DNA from: Candidatus Marinacidobacterales bacterium
Lineage (GTDB): Bacteria; Acidobacteriota; Vicinamibacteria; Marinacidobacterales; DATDRI01
Assembly (NCBI GenBank): GCA_965219415.1
Contig: OZ244742.1
Coordinates: forward strand, 64,001-128,000
Length of the DNA stretch: 64,000 bases
Direction: 5' to 3'
Part shown: one piece after another, positions 1 to 9,783 of the stretch
How positions within the stretch are numbered: position 1 is the stretch's first letter
Layout: every line of letters begins with the position of its first letter
Notes under the pieces: generated by a model
Databases searched by the model: none
What the model was told of the DNA's origin: nothing
The model's input: only the letters and a program-made list of their open reading frames with translations
Translations under genes and position numbers: made by a program

Positions 1-1
1 T

Positions 2-289
2 GCCGCGGATCCGAGCAGCGACTTGGCCGACAACGCCCAGTATTGGATCGGCGAATGCCTGTTGGCGCAGAGGCAGTATCGAGAGGCGCTCGAGGCCTTC
101 GATGCCGTTCTTAGCCTCTATTCGGACAGCAACAAGCTGCCGGAAGCGACGTACAAGAAGGCGGTGGCGCTTGAGGCGTTGGGCAGTCGCGCGGATGCTA
201 TCGCACAGTTAGAACTTGTTATCGAGTATTTCCCGAAGAGTCCCGCCGCCCGCGCGGCCAGGGGAATGCTGCGGGGCCTACGACAATAA
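2..289 (+). CDS. cpoB: Tol-Pal-associated TPR protein CpoB/YbgF, C-terminal part (5' end outside window)
   Basis: ADNAQYWIGE...YSDSNKLPEA..K...FPKS pattern typical of the CpoB TPR C-terminus; the frame is open to the window edge. Confidence 0.75.
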   Translation, partial: AADPSSDLADNAQYWIGECLLAQRQYREALEAFDAVLSLYSDSNKLPEATYKKAVALEALGSRADAIAQLELVIEYFPKSPAARAARGMLRGLRQ

Positions 290-346
290 GTCTCGACCAC
301 GCGACCGAATCGTGCGGTCGGAGAGTTAGAGAGAAGGAGCTTACAT

Positions 347-787
347 ATGCGAGGGGTCAATAAAGTCATTTTAGTAGGCAACCTAGGACGCGATCCTGAG
401 GTTCGGTACATCAAGGATGGCACGGCGGTCGCCAACCTGAGGCTCGCGACCAGCGAAACTTGGAACGATCAGAACGGCCAGAGACAGGAACGCACCGAGT
501 GGCATCGGGTCGTGGCCTGGGGAAAACTCGCGGAGATCGCCAAGGAGTATATGTCGAAGGGGCGGCAGATCTACGTGGAGGGAAAACTCCAGACACGCTC
601 CTGGGACGATCGCGAGGGAAACAAGCGCTACACCACCGAGGTCAAGGCCGACCAGATCGTCATGCTCGGCACGCGCGGAGACTCGGCGGGCAGTCGGGAC
701 GCGCCGGCCTCGCCTCCGGAACAGGCCGGGGCTCCGGAACTGCCCGCGGCTACGTTCGAAGCTACCGAAGACGACGTACCGTTTTAG
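347..787 (+). CDS. ssb: single-stranded DNA-binding protein
   Basis: [22 protein letters not shown], acidic tail DDVPF; AAGGAG RBS upstream. Confidence 0.97.
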   Translation: MRGVNKVILVGNLGRDPEVRYIKDGTAVANLRLATSETWNDQNGQRQERTEWHRVVAWGKLAEIAKEYMSKGRQIYVEGKLQTRSWDDREGNKRYTTEVKADQIVMLGTRGDSAGSRDAPASPPEQAGAPELPAATFEATEDDVPF

Positions 788-1758
788 TTCGCGAGCGACA
801 ACGGGTCCCGTCGGGTCCCCGGTATTCGCACTCGTAGCCCGCCCGCTCTTGAACGCGCTCGCGGACCTCGGAGGGGATGTAACGGGACTTGGCGAAAAAC
901 TTGCCCGGGCAAGGTTTTTCTTGGGGAAGCTTGCTATACCGCTTCCCCTCCCTCGCCAGTCGCCGCGCTCGCTTTCTCTTTAGGTCCTTCTTGTCGAGAG
1001 CGATATCCAAGGCCTGCTCCATGATCTCGGACATGCGTTGCAGAGGGTTCTCAACGCCGAGCACTTCCGCCAGCCGCTCGAACTTCTCCTTGAACTTGCG
1101 GTCGGCGGCGAAGCGGAAATTGAACACCTCAGGCCTTGCCGGCTCGAGGATAGTCGGTGACGCCCGGGGAGTCGGACGCGCCTCTAGAACTGGCGGCGAC
1201 TCGAGGGGCACCGTGGTTTGCGTCTTTCGAATCGAGGGCGCGAACACGGGCTTTGGTCGGAGCGCAACGAGGTACTCCTCGGGCTCCCGCTTTGTCATTC
1301 CAGCACAATCCCCAAGAAGCTTCTCGACGTTGCTCTCAGTGAGAACGGGCGAGAGGAGCCCTCAGCCCGAGCGTAGGGCGAGGCTATTGCCGAGTCCCGA
1401 AGCGAGAAGCCGTGGGGGTGGGGCCCCGCGGCACTCATGGAAGTCCCGCAACCGTGAGACTGATGCGGTTCTCAGCCAGCGCAACGAGGAGCTGCGGAAA
1501 ACGCATCGAAACATTGGACACCTGAATTCGCCGGGCGACCGAACCTTCGCTCAGACGCAGTCGTCTCGTGCAGTAGTCAAAGAGATTTTTGTAGCCGCAC
1601 TCGAGATAGCCCTTCCTTCTCGACATCTCCGCGATGTGAGCGATGGCGAGCGCCACGTTTCGTTTCTCGGCGCGGACCAGTTTTTCGGCAGAATAGTCAA
1701 GCTCCTTAGTCGAAAGACGCTCGAGTCTCTCAAAGTACGTTTTCACTTTTTCGATCAT
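788..1758 (-). pseudogene. DUF222-like/HNH endonuclease family gene, interrupted by an 85-bp insertion and truncated before the HNH catalytic motif
   Basis: ORFs 1435-1782 (IAHIAEMSRRKGYLECGYKNLFDYC) and 762-1298 (SRYIPSEVRERV...CEY...RC) rejoin as VAGL|LSPVLTESNVEKLL once 1356-1440 is removed; the sequence stops after RCRSRT at the ssb stop codon. Confidence 0.8.
1356..1440. repeat. short palindromic REP/MITE-like insertion
   Basis: Interrupts the HNH reading frame; contains hairpins GCCC-gagcgta-GGGC and CGTGGGG...CCCCGCG; similar to 55711-55778. Confidence 0.7.
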
Positions 1759-1986
1759 GAGCGTTGCCCCCTTCTTCCACAATATAGCAACGGGTTTTTC
1801 TGGGGCCTCAGCGACCGTCAGACGGGAGCGAAAGGAGTGGAATGAAGAAGGGGTAGAAAACCTAGGGAAAGATTGCGACAGAACGTGTGTGCGCTTCCGG
1901 AAGGTATCTACGCTAACGACTCATGGCTTTTCGATACGGCCTCGCAAAATCCGTCAAGTCTTTTTTTGATTTTTTTTGCACGGCTT

Positions 1987-2346
1987 CTACGCTTTGCTAG
2001 TGCCTTCCCTGCCGTAGCGATCTTCCAACCGCACCACGTCGTCGAGCTCGGGGGTCGAAACTTCGAGCACGTCGCAAGTCTCCTCCGCGGTCATGCGGTG
2101 AATCGTGCCGGGCCGAATGTGAAAGCTATCCCCCGGCAACAGCGTGATCGTCCGGCGGTCCGTCCCCTCCTCCTCGACGTCAAGCGCGAGCCTTCCGGAG
2201 TTCAGTCGAATCGTCTCTTCTTTGACCTTGTGGTATTGCAAGGAAAGAGCGTGTCCCGCCTCGATGTGAAGAATTTTGCCAACATACCGATCCGTCTTCG
2301 CCCAGATGATCTCGTAGCCCCACGGCTTTTCCACTCGATCTGCCAC
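1987..2346 (-). CDS. cupin domain protein (mannose-6-phosphate isomerase type II C-terminal-like)
   Basis: VEKPWG, LSLQYH..K.E, PGTIHR, EVSTPELDDVVRLEDRYGR. Confidence 0.85.
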   Translation of the reverse strand: MADRVEKPWGYEIIWAKTDRYVGKILHIEAGHALSLQYHKVKEETIRLNSGRLALDVEEEGTDRRTITLLPGDSFHIRPGTIHRMTAEETCDVLEVSTPELDDVVRLEDRYGREGTSKA

Positions 2347-2394
2347 GTTCGCTAGCCCCTCTATTCCTGATTCGCTGTCTTTGGCTTCCAGGGG

Positions 2395-4200
2395 CTACCA
2401 GTAAAGCCCCTTGGAAATTCGCTTGGCCAACCGTTCCCGCACGTAATCTGCAATGTCGCTGGCGGTGGACAACTCGAGCGCTTCCTTGGCGATTTCGCGG
2501 GCCTCCTCGAGAGAAAGCCTTCGGATAATGTCCTTCACCGATCCAATGGACAGGACGTTCATCGAGAGCTCGTCGAGACCGAGGCCGACCAAAATCACAA
2601 CCAGCAAGGGATCGGCAGCCATCTCGCCGCACATGGCGACCGGAATGCCAGCCTGATGAGCCGATCGGATGACGAAACCGATCGTGCGCAGCACGGCGGG
2701 ATGGAGCGGCTCGTAAAGGTAAGAGACGGTCTCGTTGCCTCGGTCAACCGCCAAAACATACTGAATGAGATCGTTGCTGCCGATGCTGAAAAAATCCGCA
2801 TAGCGCGCCAACAGGTCGGCCGTCGTGGCCGCCGAGGGTACCTCGATGGTCACGCCTGCGGGGAGGTCCGGCGCGAAGTGCTGTCCGGATGCCCGAAGCT
2901 CTTCCTTCGCCTCATCGAGAACCGATCGTGCCTCCCGCAGCTCGTCGACGCCCCCGATCATGGGGAACATGACCTTCACGCTTCCCCGCGTGCGGGCACG
3001 GAGCAACGCGCGGAGCTGCGTTTTGAATAGGCCCCGATAGCGATCGTCGCGCAGCAAGAGACGCGTGGCCCTCAGGCCGAGCGCGGGGTTGGTCTCGTTG
3101 CCCACCGCCCAAAGGGTTGGCTCGGGAGTCAGGTCGAAGGTTCTCACGATCACCGGGAGCGGCTTCATTTGTTCCGCCAGTTTTCGGTAGATTTCGTATT
3201 GCTCGTCTTCTTCGGGAAATCTTCCTCCCGATCGATTAAAGAGCCACTCAGAGCGGAAAAGACCTATGCCGTCCGCGGATTGTTCCACGGCGGACCCACA
3301 CTCCTCCGGAGAATCGATGTTGGCTTGGATGGACACCCGGTGCCCGTCGACGGTCTCGGCGGGCAAGCTTTGCAGTCGTTTCCACTGCCTTTCCAGTGTT
3401 CGATACTTTCGTCGTTTGGATCGATACTCCCTGAGCATCTGTCGATCGGGGTTGACGATGACCAGGCCTTCGCCGCCATCGACCACCAGCGCGGCGCCCG
3501 GCCCGACGTGATCCATGAGATTGTGGATGCCCACCACACATGGAATACCGAGTGACCGCGCGATGATCGCAGTGTGGTAGGTGCGGCTTCCGCCTTCCAT
3601 TGCCAGCCCGGCGATATGCTCCCACTCGAGTTGGCTCGGATCGGAAGGTCGAACGATATCCGAGACGAGGATGTAGTCACGCTCGAGTTTCCCCTGCGGT
3701 CTTTGGTGCCCACCCGTCAAGTTATTGAGCAGCCTGCCCGCGACGTCGAAGATGTCGCCCTTACGTTCACGGAGATAATCGTCCTTGAGGCTATCGAAGA
3801 TCGCGCCCAACTCCCCAAGCGTCGTTTTGAGGGCCCACTCCGCATTGACGCGTTCCTTGCGTAGAACGTCTAAGACCCTGTCGATCAGCAACGGGTCTTC
3901 CAGCATCAATATCTGGGCGTCGAAAATGTACCCGTGCTCCTCGCCCAGACGGTCGACAGTGCGAGCCTTCATTTCCTCCAGTTGACGTCTCGTCAAGCGC
4001 TGGGCGGCTTCGACGCGGGCGCATTCGGCAGTCACCTCTTGGCGGGCGATGGGAATGCGGAAGATAGGAACCTCTTCGTGTTGCAGAACCAACGCGCGCG
4101 CCACGGCGATGCCGGGCGCACCACCGGCTCCTCGCAGAAAGACGGGGCGCGGGCGATTGGCTCTACCGGATGTACTGGGTGTCGGCACGACCACGCTCAT
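2395..4200 (-). CDS. ptsI: PEP-protein phosphotransferase (PTS enzyme I); start could extend to 4230
   Basis: GGSRTYHTAIIARS phospho-His motif, GIGLFRSE, ETNPALGLRA, SIGSNDLIQY, MCGEMA; no N-terminal GAF domain. Confidence 0.95.
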   Translation of the reverse strand: MSVVVPTPSTSGRANRPRPVFLRGAGGAPGIAVARALVLQHEEVPIFRIPIARQEVTAECARVEAAQRLTRRQLEEMKARTVDRLGEEHGYIFDAQILMLEDPLLIDRVLDVLRKERVNAEWALKTTLGELGAIFDSLKDDYLRERKGDIFDVAGRLLNNLTGGHQRPQGKLERDYILVSDIVRPSDPSQLEWEHIAGLAMEGGSRTYHTAIIARSLGIPCVVGIHNLMDHVGPGAALVVDGGEGLVIVNPDRQMLREYRSKRRKYRTLERQWKRLQSLPAETVDGHRVSIQANIDSPEECGSAVEQSADGIGLFRSEWLFNRSGGRFPEEDEQYEIYRKLAEQMKPLPVIVRTFDLTPEPTLWAVGNETNPALGLRATRLLLRDDRYRGLFKTQLRALLRARTRGSVKVMFPMIGGVDELREARSVLDEAKEELRASGQHFAPDLPAGVTIEVPSAATTADLLARYADFFSIGSNDLIQYVLAVDRGNETVSYLYEPLHPAVLRTIGFVIRSAHQAGIPVAMCGEMAADPLLVVILVGLGLDELSMNVLSIGSVKDIIRRLSLEEAREIAKEALELSTASDIADYVRERLAKRISKGLYW

Positions 4201-4207
4201 CTCCAGA

Positions 4208-4477
4208 TTATTTACCGTCTCCGAAACCATCGCTCACCAGGTCTACCAACGCTACTACGGCCTCTTCCTCGTCGTCTCCGGACGCTGCGATGGTGAGCTC
4301 GCTGCCGGAAGTCGCAGCGAGAAAGAGGATCCCCAAAATACTCTTGCCGTCGATGGTGGTCTCTTCCTTGCTCACCGTGACTTTGGACGAGAACCGACTC
4401 GCCGTCCTGACGAAGCGCGCCGCCGCTCTCGCGTGAAGTCCGAGGGGATTCAGGATCCCCACCGTCCGTTCAACCAC
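4208..4477 (-). CDS. ptsH: phosphocarrier protein HPr
   Basis: GLHARAA (His15) and DGKSILGIL (Ser46); GTG start inferred at 4477. Confidence 0.93.
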   Translation of the reverse strand: MVERTVGILNPLGLHARAAARFVRTASRFSSKVTVSKEETTIDGKSILGILFLAATSGSELTIAASGDDEEEAVVALVDLVSDGFGDGK

Positions 4478-4910
4478 CAGGATCCTCCTCTGCCTCTTTT
4501 TCTTTCTTGGCCGCCAACAGGTCACTGGCAAGGTAAATGCTTTCTTTGCCCTGGGCGCTGATTTTTCGGGCCGCCCGGCTCAGATCAACTTCCCCACTTT
4601 CGCGCAAGTTAACCAGCTTGATGAGCATGGGTAAGTTTACGCCGGTTACGACTTCGACACGATTCTCCTCCAAGAAAGAGAGGCTCAGGTTGGACGGCGT
4701 TCCGCCGAACATGTCGGTAAGCACCACCGTCCCCTGGCCTCCTTCTACCCGTTCGATAGCGCTCCGAATCTCCTGCTGAGCCTCGTCCGGATTGTCGTGC
4801 CAACCGATGGAAACGGCGGTAACTTTCGGGATTTCTCCCACGATCATCTCCGCGGCGGTCACCAGCTCACTTGCCAGTCGTCCGTGGGTTACCACTAGGA
4901 TGCCAATCAA
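4470..4910 (-). CDS. PTS EIIA component, mannose/fructose family
   Basis: IGILVVTHG, LTDMFGGTPSN, VTGVNLPMLI. Confidence 0.93.
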   Translation of the reverse strand: MIGILVVTHGRLASELVTAAEMIVGEIPKVTAVSIGWHDNPDEAQQEIRSAIERVEGGQGTVVLTDMFGGTPSNLSLSFLEENRVEVVTGVNLPMLIKLVNLRESGEVDLSRAARKISAQGKESIYLASDLLAAKKEKEAEEDPGG

Positions 4911-5797
4911 CTATCATCCTCCACATCGCGATGCGTCACCGTCACGGTATAGCCCTGCTTCTTGATTCGGCCTGCCATTTCTTTGGCGACCATGACCGAG
5001 CGGTGTCGCCCCCCGGTACAGCCAATGGCGATGGTCAAATAGCTCTTGCCCTCCGACGTATACTGCGGAATCAAATAATTGACAAACGACTCTAGCCGCT
5101 GGATGAACTCGCTGGTCGCGGGGAAGGAGAAAAGGAAACGCTCCACCGCCGGGTGGTTGCCGTCCTTGGCGCGCAGGTCTTTTTCGAAAAACGGATTGGG
5201 AAGAAAGCGGACGTCGAAGACTAGGTCGGCGTCGTGAGGCACGCCGAACTTGTAGCCGAACGACACCACATTCATCGCCGGACCGCGGCGTCCCTCGACC
5301 TCCTGGAATTGCTCGAGGAGATACCGTCGCAGCTCGTGCACGGTCATCTCCGACGTGTCCACGATTTGATCGGCCAGACGCCGAATGGCGGATAATTTCC
5401 GCCGCTCCTTGCGCACCGCTTCCAAGACCGAGCCCTTGCCAACCGCCAGCGGGTGGGGCCGCCGACTCTCGCTGAACCGGCGAACTAAAACTTGGTCGCG
5501 CGCCTCGAAAAAGATCAGAGCGGTGTCGAAACCGCGCTGCCGGAGGCGGTCGAAAACCTCCGGGAAATCCTTGAGGAAACCGCGTTCCCGAATATCCGCG
5601 ACCACCGCCACCTGTTCAATGCTTTCCCCACCCTTCGCGGTGAGCTCCGCGAACGGGCCCAGTAGCTTGGGGGGAAGGTTGTCCACGCAGAAAAAGCCCG
5701 CGTCTTCGAGCGCCTTCATGGCCAAGGTCTTGCCGGAACCGGAGAGACCGGTGATGAAAACGAAACGGGCCTTCCCGGTTTTCTTTCCTTCGGCCAA
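4907..5797 (-). CDS. rapZ: RNase adapter RapZ / YvcJ family P-loop protein
   Basis: GLSGSGKT, CVDNLP, SFGYKFGVP, DVRFLPNP, GCTGGRHRSV. Confidence 0.95.
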   Translation of the reverse strand: MAEGKKTGKARFVFITGLSGSGKTLAMKALEDAGFFCVDNLPPKLLGPFAELTAKGGESIEQVAVVADIRERGFLKDFPEVFDRLRQRGFDTALIFFEARDQVLVRRFSESRRPHPLAVGKGSVLEAVRKERRKLSAIRRLADQIVDTSEMTVHELRRYLLEQFQEVEGRRGPAMNVVSFGYKFGVPHDADLVFDVRFLPNPFFEKDLRAKDGNHPAVERFLFSFPATSEFIQRLESFVNYLIPQYTSEGKSYLTIAIGCTGGRHRSVMVAKEMAGRIKKQGYTVTVTHRDVEDDS

Positions 5798-6772
5798 CTA
5801 CTTTCCTTTCGACCGCCGGCGCGCCGCCGTGGAAACGCTTCGAGCCAGAAGACGCGCGGGGTTCCGCCCGCTCACGCTCAACAAGTGATTACGGGCCGCC
5901 ACCTCGATGAGCATCGCCAGATTGCGACCGGGTCCTACCGGCATCGTCACCAGTCGCAGGTCCACGCCGAGGACACTGTAAGTGCGTTCTTCGAGCCCCA
6001 ATCTCTCGACCTCGGTCCCCTTGTCCCATCGCTCTAGCTGCACGACCAGCTGGAGAGGCATCGAAAGCTGAATCGCATTGGCTCCAAAGAGATCCTTGAC
6101 GTTGATCACCCCGAGTCCGCGAATCTCCATATAGTAACGGACGATCTCCGGGCTGCGGCCCACCAGCCCCTCCGCACGTTTCTCTATTTCTACTACGTCG
6201 TCGGCAACCAGTCGATGGCCTCGTTCGATCAGTTCAATGGCCGACTCGCTCTTTCCGATGCCGCTCTCGCCGACGATTAAGATTCCCAAGCCGTGGACGT
6301 CCATCAACACGCCATGGATCACCTCGCGTTCGGTGAGCCTCTGCTCGAGTACTCGGCCGATTCGTTTCGAGGCCACCGACGGCTGGAGGCCGGTGGCGAG
6401 AACCGCAACCCGACGGCGGCGGGCGATGGAATAGAGTTCCCTAGGACCCGTCTCTCGCCGAGACGATGTCACGACCGCCGCAACCGGAACGCCGATCCAG
6501 GATTCCAAGAGCCGCCTGCGCCGCACCGCGGGGAGGGAAGCAAGGTGTGCGAGCTCGGTGGAATCGAGCAACAACACGCCCCCTGGGGTGAGTGGATTCT
6601 TGGCGGTCGGGGGCCGTTGGACGATAGAGGTGCGAATTCGTCGAGAGAGGCCGCTCTTTCCAACGACCAACTCCAGATCCAGGGTGCCTGCCCCGTCTTC
6701 TAACAGCTCGCGAACGTGGAGGGCCCGAGACTTATGTTTTCCCACCCTGCTGCGGTCTGACGTCGTCGGCAA
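5798..6772 (-). CDS. hprK: HPr kinase/phosphorylase
   Basis: HGVLMDVHGLGILIVGESGIGKSE, GHRLVADD, EIRGLG, PGRNLA. Confidence 0.95.
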   Translation of the reverse strand: MPTTSDRSRVGKHKSRALHVRELLEDGAGTLDLELVVGKSGLSRRIRTSIVQRPPTAKNPLTPGGVLLLDSTELAHLASLPAVRRRRLLESWIGVPVAAVVTSSRRETGPRELYSIARRRRVAVLATGLQPSVASKRIGRVLEQRLTEREVIHGVLMDVHGLGILIVGESGIGKSESAIELIERGHRLVADDVVEIEKRAEGLVGRSPEIVRYYMEIRGLGVINVKDLFGANAIQLSMPLQLVVQLERWDKGTEVERLGLEERTYSVLGVDLRLVTMPVGPGRNLAMLIEVAARNHLLSVSGRNPARLLARSVSTAARRRSKGK

Positions 6773-6820
6773 GGGGACGCTTTCCTTTTCCCGGAGTAAC
6801 TGGATGGCGTTTCGGAAGGG

Positions 6821-7372
6821 CTACTGCCCTCCCGGATCGATGAGGCCGTAGTTTCCATCGGGCCGGCGGTAAATGACGTTGACTTGCTCGTGCTCCGCGT
6901 TACGAAAAACCAGGAACTCGGCTCCGCCGGCATCGAGCTCCACAACCGCCTCTTCCACCGACAGAGGTTTGATGACGAACCGATGACTCTCCACCACACG
7001 TGGCCCGCCTTCTTCGTTGGGCGCCTGCACAGCGTCCCCGGCGATTACATCGAAGGTCCCCTCGTGGCGAGAGGCGCGCCTTTTCTTACCGATCCGCTTG
7101 GAGTTTCTCTTCCTGGCTTGCGTTTCTATTTTCTCGACGGCTTGTTGAATAGAGGAATACAGATCATCGGACTCCTCGACCGCCGTTAGATAGGTGTTGC
7201 CCCGGCTATGGACGTTTACCTCTGCGCGCTGCCGGTACTTTTGCACCGACAGGGTCACGTGGATATCCGTGATGCCGTCGATGAATCGGTCCAGTTTGTT
7301 TACTTTGGACTCAGCAAACGCCTTCAACGGGCCCGTGATGTCGATCTGCCGCCCGGTGATATGGATGCTCAT
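6821..7372 (-). CDS. hpf: long ribosome hibernation promoting factor
   Basis: ITGRQIDIT, DLYSSI, C-terminal KPLSVEEA...FLVFRN...VIYRRPDGNYGLI; AGGAGG RBS before the ATG at 7372. Confidence 0.93.
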   Translation of the reverse strand: MSIHITGRQIDITGPLKAFAESKVNKLDRFIDGITDIHVTLSVQKYRQRAEVNVHSRGNTYLTAVEESDDLYSSIQQAVEKIETQARKRNSKRIGKKRRASRHEGTFDVIAGDAVQAPNEEGGPRVVESHRFVIKPLSVEEAVVELDAGGAEFLVFRNAEHEQVNVIYRRPDGNYGLIDPGGQ

Positions 7373-7503
7373 TCGCTCCTCCTGTGAGGATGCTGGCTTC
7401 TTTCCTCTATTCCCTCTCCCTTTGGGAAAGTTCGGCGTCAAGAGTCGGTGTGCCCTTAATCAAGGGCGTCAGACGCCGAGTGAGGGGTCCGCAATAAACA
7501 CCA

Positions 7504-8982
7504 CTAATTGGTGAAGGGGCTGCTATAGAGATTCTTCCGCTGGTTGGAGGGAGGGATGCGCAGCTCCTCGCGATACTTGGCGATGGTTCTTCTGGCGAGC
7601 CTCAGTCCTTCCCTCTCGAGGATGCTGACGATCTTGGAATCGGAGAGTGGTCGCTTGGTATTTTCCTCCTCGACGATCTTTCTGATTCTCTGCTTGATCG
7701 TGACCGAGGAAACGGCCTCGCCGTAGGTACTGGCGATACCGCTGTGAAAGAAGTATTTCATTTCGAAGACACCCTGAACGGTGTGTATGTATTTGTTGCT
7801 GACCACCCGCGACACCGTCGATTCGTGCATACCGATGTCGATCGCCACATCCCTGAGAACCAGCGGACGCAAATGCTCCAGCCCGTTATCCAGGAACTCT
7901 TTCTGCTGACGTACGATGCTTTGCGATACTTTGTAAATCGTCTTCTGGCGCTGGTCTACAGACTTGATGAGCCACAGGGCGTTTCGCAACTTCTCCTTAA
8001 CGTACGACCGTGTCGCTTCGTTGTCCGCCGACTTGTTCTCCAGCATTCGCCGATACACAGAGCTTATGCGCAGCTGCGGCAAGCGATCCTCGTTCAGAAC
8101 GATCTCATATTTGTCGTCCACCTTGACCACGTAAACGTCTGGAGTAACGTACTGGCTCTTTTTCGGGTTGTGCTTCGAGCCCGGTTTCGGGTCGAGCCGC
8201 CGGATGATCTCGCAACGCTCCAAGACTTCATCCATCGGAATGCCGAGGGCCTTGGCGAGCTCGTTGAACCGGTGGCTCTGCAGTAGGTCTAAATGGTTGG
8301 CGACCATAGACTCTACCACCAGGTCCTCGACATCCAGGTGCTTGAGCTGGATCAAGAGACACTCGCGTAGGTCTCTCGCAGCGACGCCGATGGGATCGAA
8401 TTCCTGCACGACCGCGAGTGCCTTCTCGACATCTGCTTGCTTGTAGTTGCCCATGGAGCAGATTTCTTCGACCGAGGCCTGCAGGTATCCATCATCGTCG
8501 ACGTTGCCGACAATCGCGTGGCCGATCTCTAGCATGAGAGCCTCTGCGCTCGACATGCGAAGCTGCCAATCCAGGTGATCTGCTAACGAGGAAGACGTGG
8601 CAAGGGTATTCTCGATGGGAGGAAGCTCGGGAACCTCGTACGGCGTTCGCGGCCGGTAACCGTCGTCGAGGTAATCGCTGAAGAACGACTCATAGTCTAT
8701 CTCCGAAAACGAGTCGTCGTCCTTGTCTGGCGCCTTCTCTTCAGTCTCGGCGGTCTGTTGGGTTTCGGCAGTCTCCGTTTTTTCCTCGTTGCTGCTCGCT
8801 TCTTCCTTTTGGTTCTCGACCTCGTCTTCGAGGAGTGGATTCTCGGTGAGCTCTTGGTTCAGCATCTCAGCGAGCTCGAGGGTCGACATGGGTAGCAGCT
8901 TGATAGCCTGCTGCAAGGAGGGCGTGAGGATGAGCTTTTGCGAGAGCTTGGCTTGAAGCGCTAGCTTTTGATACATCGCCAT
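7504..8982 (-). CDS. rpoN: RNA polymerase sigma-54 factor
   Basis: LTPSLQQAIKLL, HESTVSRV, RpoN box ARRTIAKYR. Confidence 0.97.
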   Translation of the reverse strand: MAMYQKLALQAKLSQKLILTPSLQQAIKLLPMSTLELAEMLNQELTENPLLEDEVENQKEEASSNEEKTETAETQQTAETEEKAPDKDDDSFSEIDYESFFSDYLDDGYRPRTPYEVPELPPIENTLATSSSLADHLDWQLRMSSAEALMLEIGHAIVGNVDDDGYLQASVEEICSMGNYKQADVEKALAVVQEFDPIGVAARDLRECLLIQLKHLDVEDLVVESMVANHLDLLQSHRFNELAKALGIPMDEVLERCEIIRRLDPKPGSKHNPKKSQYVTPDVYVVKVDDKYEIVLNEDRLPQLRISSVYRRMLENKSADNEATRSYVKEKLRNALWLIKSVDQRQKTIYKVSQSIVRQQKEFLDNGLEHLRPLVLRDVAIDIGMHESTVSRVVSNKYIHTVQGVFEMKYFFHSGIASTYGEAVSSVTIKQRIRKIVEEENTKRPLSDSKIVSILEREGLRLARRTIAKYREELRIPPSNQRKNLYSSPFTN

Positions 8983-9054
8983 GCCTGAGACTCCCGTTTT
9001 GCCGAAGAGGGTCCTCGCTAGCTTCTGCCGCGCTCTCACTAACAGCGGGTAGCG

Positions 9055-9783
9055 CTAGTCGAGTCTAAATTCTTCTCCCAAATACACCCGGCGTACCTCT
9101 TCATCGGTCGCTAGTTCGGCCGGTGATCCGGCGCGGAAGATGCGGCCCTCGTTCATAATGTACGCACGGTCGGTGATTTGGAGCGTTTCCCTCACGTTGT
9201 GGTCCGTTATCAAAATTCCAATCCCGCGTGATTTGAGATGATGAACAATTTTTTGAATGTCCCCTACTGCAATTGGATCGATGCCGGCAAATGGTTCGTC
9301 GAGAAGCATGAAGGATGGAGAGGTGACGAGGGCGCGCGTAATTTCAGCACGTCGCCGCTCCCCGCCGGATAGGGTATAGGCCCTAGCTTTGGCCTTGCTG
9401 GTGAGGCCCAGCTCACCGAGGAGTGCTCCCAACCGGCGCTGCTTCTCGCCCGGGCGCAGCGGAAGTGTTTCCAAGATGGCGAGAACGTTTTCTTCGACCG
9501 TGAGTTTGCGAAATATAGAGGGCTCTTGGGGGAGGTAGTTGATCCCGCTACGGGCCCGCAGATACATCGGGAGCAGCGTGATGTCCTTGTTGTTGAGATA
9601 AACATTCCCTTCATCGGGTCGAGTTAGCCCTACCACCATGTGGAAGGTCGTCGTCTTCCCGGCACCGTTCGGCCCCAGGAGGCCTACAACCTCACCCTCG
9701 TGAACCTCTAGGCTTACGTCGTCGACCACTTTTCGTCGACGAAAAGACTTCGCTAGCGACCGTGCCCTCAATATTTGCATCAA
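9055..9783 (-). CDS. lptB: LPS export ABC transporter ATPase
   Basis: [48 protein letters not shown]; directly upstream of rpoN. Confidence 0.97.
   Translation of the reverse strand: MMQILRARSLAKSFRRRKVVDDVSLEVHEGEVVGLLGPNGAGKTTTFHMVVGLTRPDEGNVYLNNKDITLLPMYLRARSGINYLPQEPSIFRKLTVEENVLAILETLPLRPGEKQRRLGALLGELGLTSKAKARAYTLSGGERRRAEITRALVTSPSFMLLDEPFAGIDPIAVGDIQKIVHHLKSRGIGILITDHNVRETLQITDRAYIMNEGRIFRAGSPAELATDEEVRRVYLGEEFRLD

Noticed and set aside
889-1845. 318-aa plus-strand ORF
   Set aside because: Antisense to the HNH pseudogene; Ser/Arg-rich with no recognisable domain
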